In this document: in pieces, positions 60,916 to 64,000 of the stretch | How the letters are laid out: every line of letters begins with the position of its first letter | Position numbering within the stretch: the stretch's first letter is position 1 | Origin: Raillietiella orientalis | Taxonomy: Eukaryota | Length of the DNA stretch: 64,000 bases | Assembly: GCA_036172245.1 (NCBI GenBank) | Contig: JAYWIR010000004.1 | Location: forward strand, 186,001 to 250,000 | Direction of reading: 5' to 3' | Notes under the pieces: model-generated | What the model saw: the letters and a program-made list of their open reading frames with translations, nothing else | Told to the model about the DNA's origin: nothing | Database searches by the model: none | Made by a program: the position numbers and the translations under genes

Positions 60916-63900
60916 TGGCGGACGTATGGAGACATCGGGACTGTTGATGTGGGAGCATAATTGATCGCCCTCGATATCTATTTCCCGTTGCCCGGTGATC
61001 GGGATTCAATTTGAATCGGAGGTGCCAGCTTCCGGGAAGGTGTTTTTCTCAGGGGCGTCCGTTTCCGCAACGACTGGATTGCTGAGGTTGCTATTTATCA
61101 TTCTTCCGGCGTCTGGCTTTCGATTAACCGCCATCCAACTCACGGGCCGCCAGAGAGAGTGCCGTCGGACCGAGTGGGTGCAGGCAGCTGTTCCCATCAG
61201 TCAGCGCGCACGTGGTCCGTGCCCAGCTTGCAGGTGCGCCGGAGATTCTTTCCGTTCCTCCCAAGCATTTTCTCTTCGAAACCTCAGTCGCCTCAAATCG
61301 GACGCCTCAGCCGCTTTGAACGAACCCGTCTCAAGGATCTTCCTGGATCGCATCCTTGATCCGCCTCCGAGACTCCCACGCATGCGTCGCAGGATCCTAC
61401 CAGTACGCTCCCGGTATTTCCACCATCTTTCCAGACTCCGTTCTCTCTCTCACGTTCGCTACGACGGCAGCCCGGAAACGGCTCGCCACCGCAGGTCCGG
61501 ACATCCAGAGCGAGAGCTCAGCAGGAATCTCGGGAAGAGAGGGCCCCGGAAGTGTGGCTGTCGAGGGACCGAGCACAGGGAAGGCGATGAGGGAATGTTT
61601 CAAGCGGGAACTCGAGCTGCGAGCTCTTGAATGCGCTCCCCCCCACTCCCCCGGCGGCGACAGCGAAAGAAGGAGAAACGCGGAATGCACAAGTCGTCGC
61701 GGGTCAAGTCCAGGGACGGACCCATCTGGCGTCCTCCTGCTCCGAACGCTGCGCAGAGAGCGTTCAGGGGGACCTGGCGGTGCATCGGCAAGGAAGAATG
61801 CGTTTCCTCTCTGATGCGCAGTTCGGAGCGAAGCCTCCGCCCGCTCCTCCTTCCTCCTCGCCTCAGCGTCTTTCTCGAGGACCAAAAAAAGGCACCGGTC
61901 GCTGTGAACTACGCTCGCAAAAACTCGGGGAGATCTCGAAAATTAAGGATCGCTCTGGTCAAGGATTCGCGTTTTGCGTTCGTTGCGTGCGCGCGGGCGT
62001 ACTGCGTGGTTTCGAAGGCAAAAGATAAAATAAAATAAAATGCGATTAAATAAAATGAATAAAAAATTGTAAGAGTGAGCGGTCGCTTCGTCACTCTGGC
62101 TGCGAGCACTCTGGCTGCGGGAGATGACTCTCGGGGAAAACTGATACGCTACTATTAGGCAACTAAGGATGGAGGATCCCTCCAGAAAGGGAATCGCGCC
62201 TGAGCTCGACCCTAAGGCAGGCGGAGGCGAGGAGATGGAGGGAAGGGAAAGACCATCGAGTTATCCTCTTATTTTCAGGAAGGCGGATCTGATAGCGCAG
62301 CACTCCGAGAAGCCCGGCGCTCCACCACAAGATTCCGCGGAGATGCAAGGGTGGCGGACTCACCCTGACCCGCGGGATGCTGACGGAACAGACCCGGCAC
62401 AAGTAGAAAGACACCTCCTCCTTCTCCTCGGTGCAACTCTCTTCCGCTTCTCCCCAGGCACGATCTGATGGGCTGTTTATCTCTCTGGAGGAGCCGTTGA
62501 AGAGGCTGCTCCCTCCCTTTGGATGATCACGAGATTCCTTGGGATTGTCCCAGATAGACAATAGATAAAAAACTTCTTCTACAAGGCGCACGAAGGAACA
62601 GAAGCGAAAGCATACCTGAAATATCGAAACAAGAAGCAGGCACAGGTCTGGAGCTTGTCGCTCAAAAGCGCACGGGAACGAAACACAGCAGAGTCCCAAT
62701 GGCTGATGTAGAGTTACGCTCTTTGTGGCTTTAGTGAGGAGTCCAGCGTGGAGGGGAGGGTCGTCTCTTGGACAGAAGCTCCACGCAGGGAGTCCCTTGC
62801 CTCATGCTGCCCCATGAAAACGGATAAAGTGCTGCTCAGGAAACAGAGGCTCCCTACACGTAGCGCGACACCATTCCTGCGTGCGCATTCCCGAAAGCAA
62901 AAGGGAGCGGACACGAATTGTTTGCCTTTGCGGCTGAGCGAGAGGCAGCGCCGCCTCCCTGATCCCTCTGAGGGCTCATCCAGTGCGGACTTTGACCGAG
63001 GCCTCTACGGGCGTGTGAGGGTCGGTTTCCCGCCGCAGTCTCCTGCTGATGACCAAGACAACTGAGGGAACAAATAGTGAGTCCCCTAGGAAAGCGTCAC
63101 CAACGTGCCCTCGTAGACGGAGGGAGCCCGATGAACCTGTGTGCGTGAGCGTCGGGGTGAGAGCACGAGGCGAAGAATGCAGGCCATTCCCCCCTTGCTG
63201 CCCTCTCTCAAAGCGGACACAGCTCCACACGGGGGGCAGGGATATGTAGGTGCGCTGTCAGGATAGGCCCTTCTATGCGTGCGGCGGACTTTGGAGGACG
63301 ATCTGATTCCAGTCGAATTCCGGAGGCGAAAGTAGGAGAACGCGCAGAGAGGAAGAGAGAATGTGACAGAGAGGGTGACCCTGCAGCTGTTCTTCCTCCT
63401 AGTCGGGCAACAAAATAGGGATGAGGGTGAGATTCTTTTCTCCCCTCTCACTCCTTCCCTCGCGCTGCCGCTTTGATGGCCTCTGCCACTGCCGTCCTTC
63501 CGGTATCCACATCGGTTGAGTCGCCAGGCGCTGAGTCGACAGAAAGGACGCGCGCTCACCCATCGAGCCAGGAGGGTCTCCGTGGTTCCAGAAGAGGAAA
63601 TATGAGCCCTGGATCTCTTTCTGCCCTCCCGTCAAAGGTTCTCAGACTACTCATTGCAGCATCCGTACCTTCTCATCCTCGTCCTCGTTCTTCTCCAAAT
63701 GCTTCGGTTTTCCTTGCCTCCTCCCCTCCTGGACCCCTCAATCTGCTGGAGTCCACACACTCAAATGCAACAACATAAGCGAAAGGCCGTTGTCATCCGC
63801 ATCACAAGATGACTCGCTCACAGCATCGAGCTCACGCAGCATCTAATTGTCCTCCATCTTCATGCATTCCTGATCCCGCGAGTCCCAGGACTAATGCGCC

Positions 63901-64000
63901 CCGCTTACCGCCACCATCACTACCGCTCATTAACCCCTTCTCCGCTGACTCCGGACCGATCTGTCAGCAGCACGATGTCGAGCCCTATGGAGCCGCCCCC

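Noticed and set aside
1..64000. CRISPR arrays, tRNA/rRNA genes, bacterial operons or defence systems
   Set aside because: No regularly spaced repeats or recognisable structural RNAs; spliceosomal introns show the DNA is eukaryotic, and the only bacterial signal is the short ddl fragment.

Overview
Eukaryotic, almost certainly arthropod (pancrustacean-type), GC-rich genomic DNA with short introns. The only intact protein-coding genes I can support are two convergent (tail-to-tail) CYP2-clan cytochrome P450s, whose exons I reconstructed by hand. One is a 7-exon CYP306A1/phantom-like ecdysteroid 25-hydroxylase (+, 10207-13752, 498 aa). The other is an 8-exon CYP18A1-like ecdysteroid 26-hydroxylase (-, 17666-14841, 531 aa) with a well-spaced TATA/Inr promoter and candidate ecdysone-response elements upstream. 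The rest (about 1-9 kb and 22-64 kb) is mostly heavily decayed transposons (piggyBac, hAT, Harbinger, Ty3/Gypsy, several LINEs, THAP/BED relics) plus microsatellites; nearly all long ORFs in the track are GC-content artefacts. Most unusual: (1) a degenerate inverted copy of phantom exon 1 inside phantom's own intron 5, which could fold back on the pre-mRNA; (2) a short AT-rich Wolbachia/Rickettsiales-like D-Ala-D-Ala ligase (ddl) fragment about 5 kb upstream of phantom; (3) divergence of phantom's normally conserved substrate-recognition motif. All homology calls come from recalled motifs, not database searches, and transposon boundaries are approximate.
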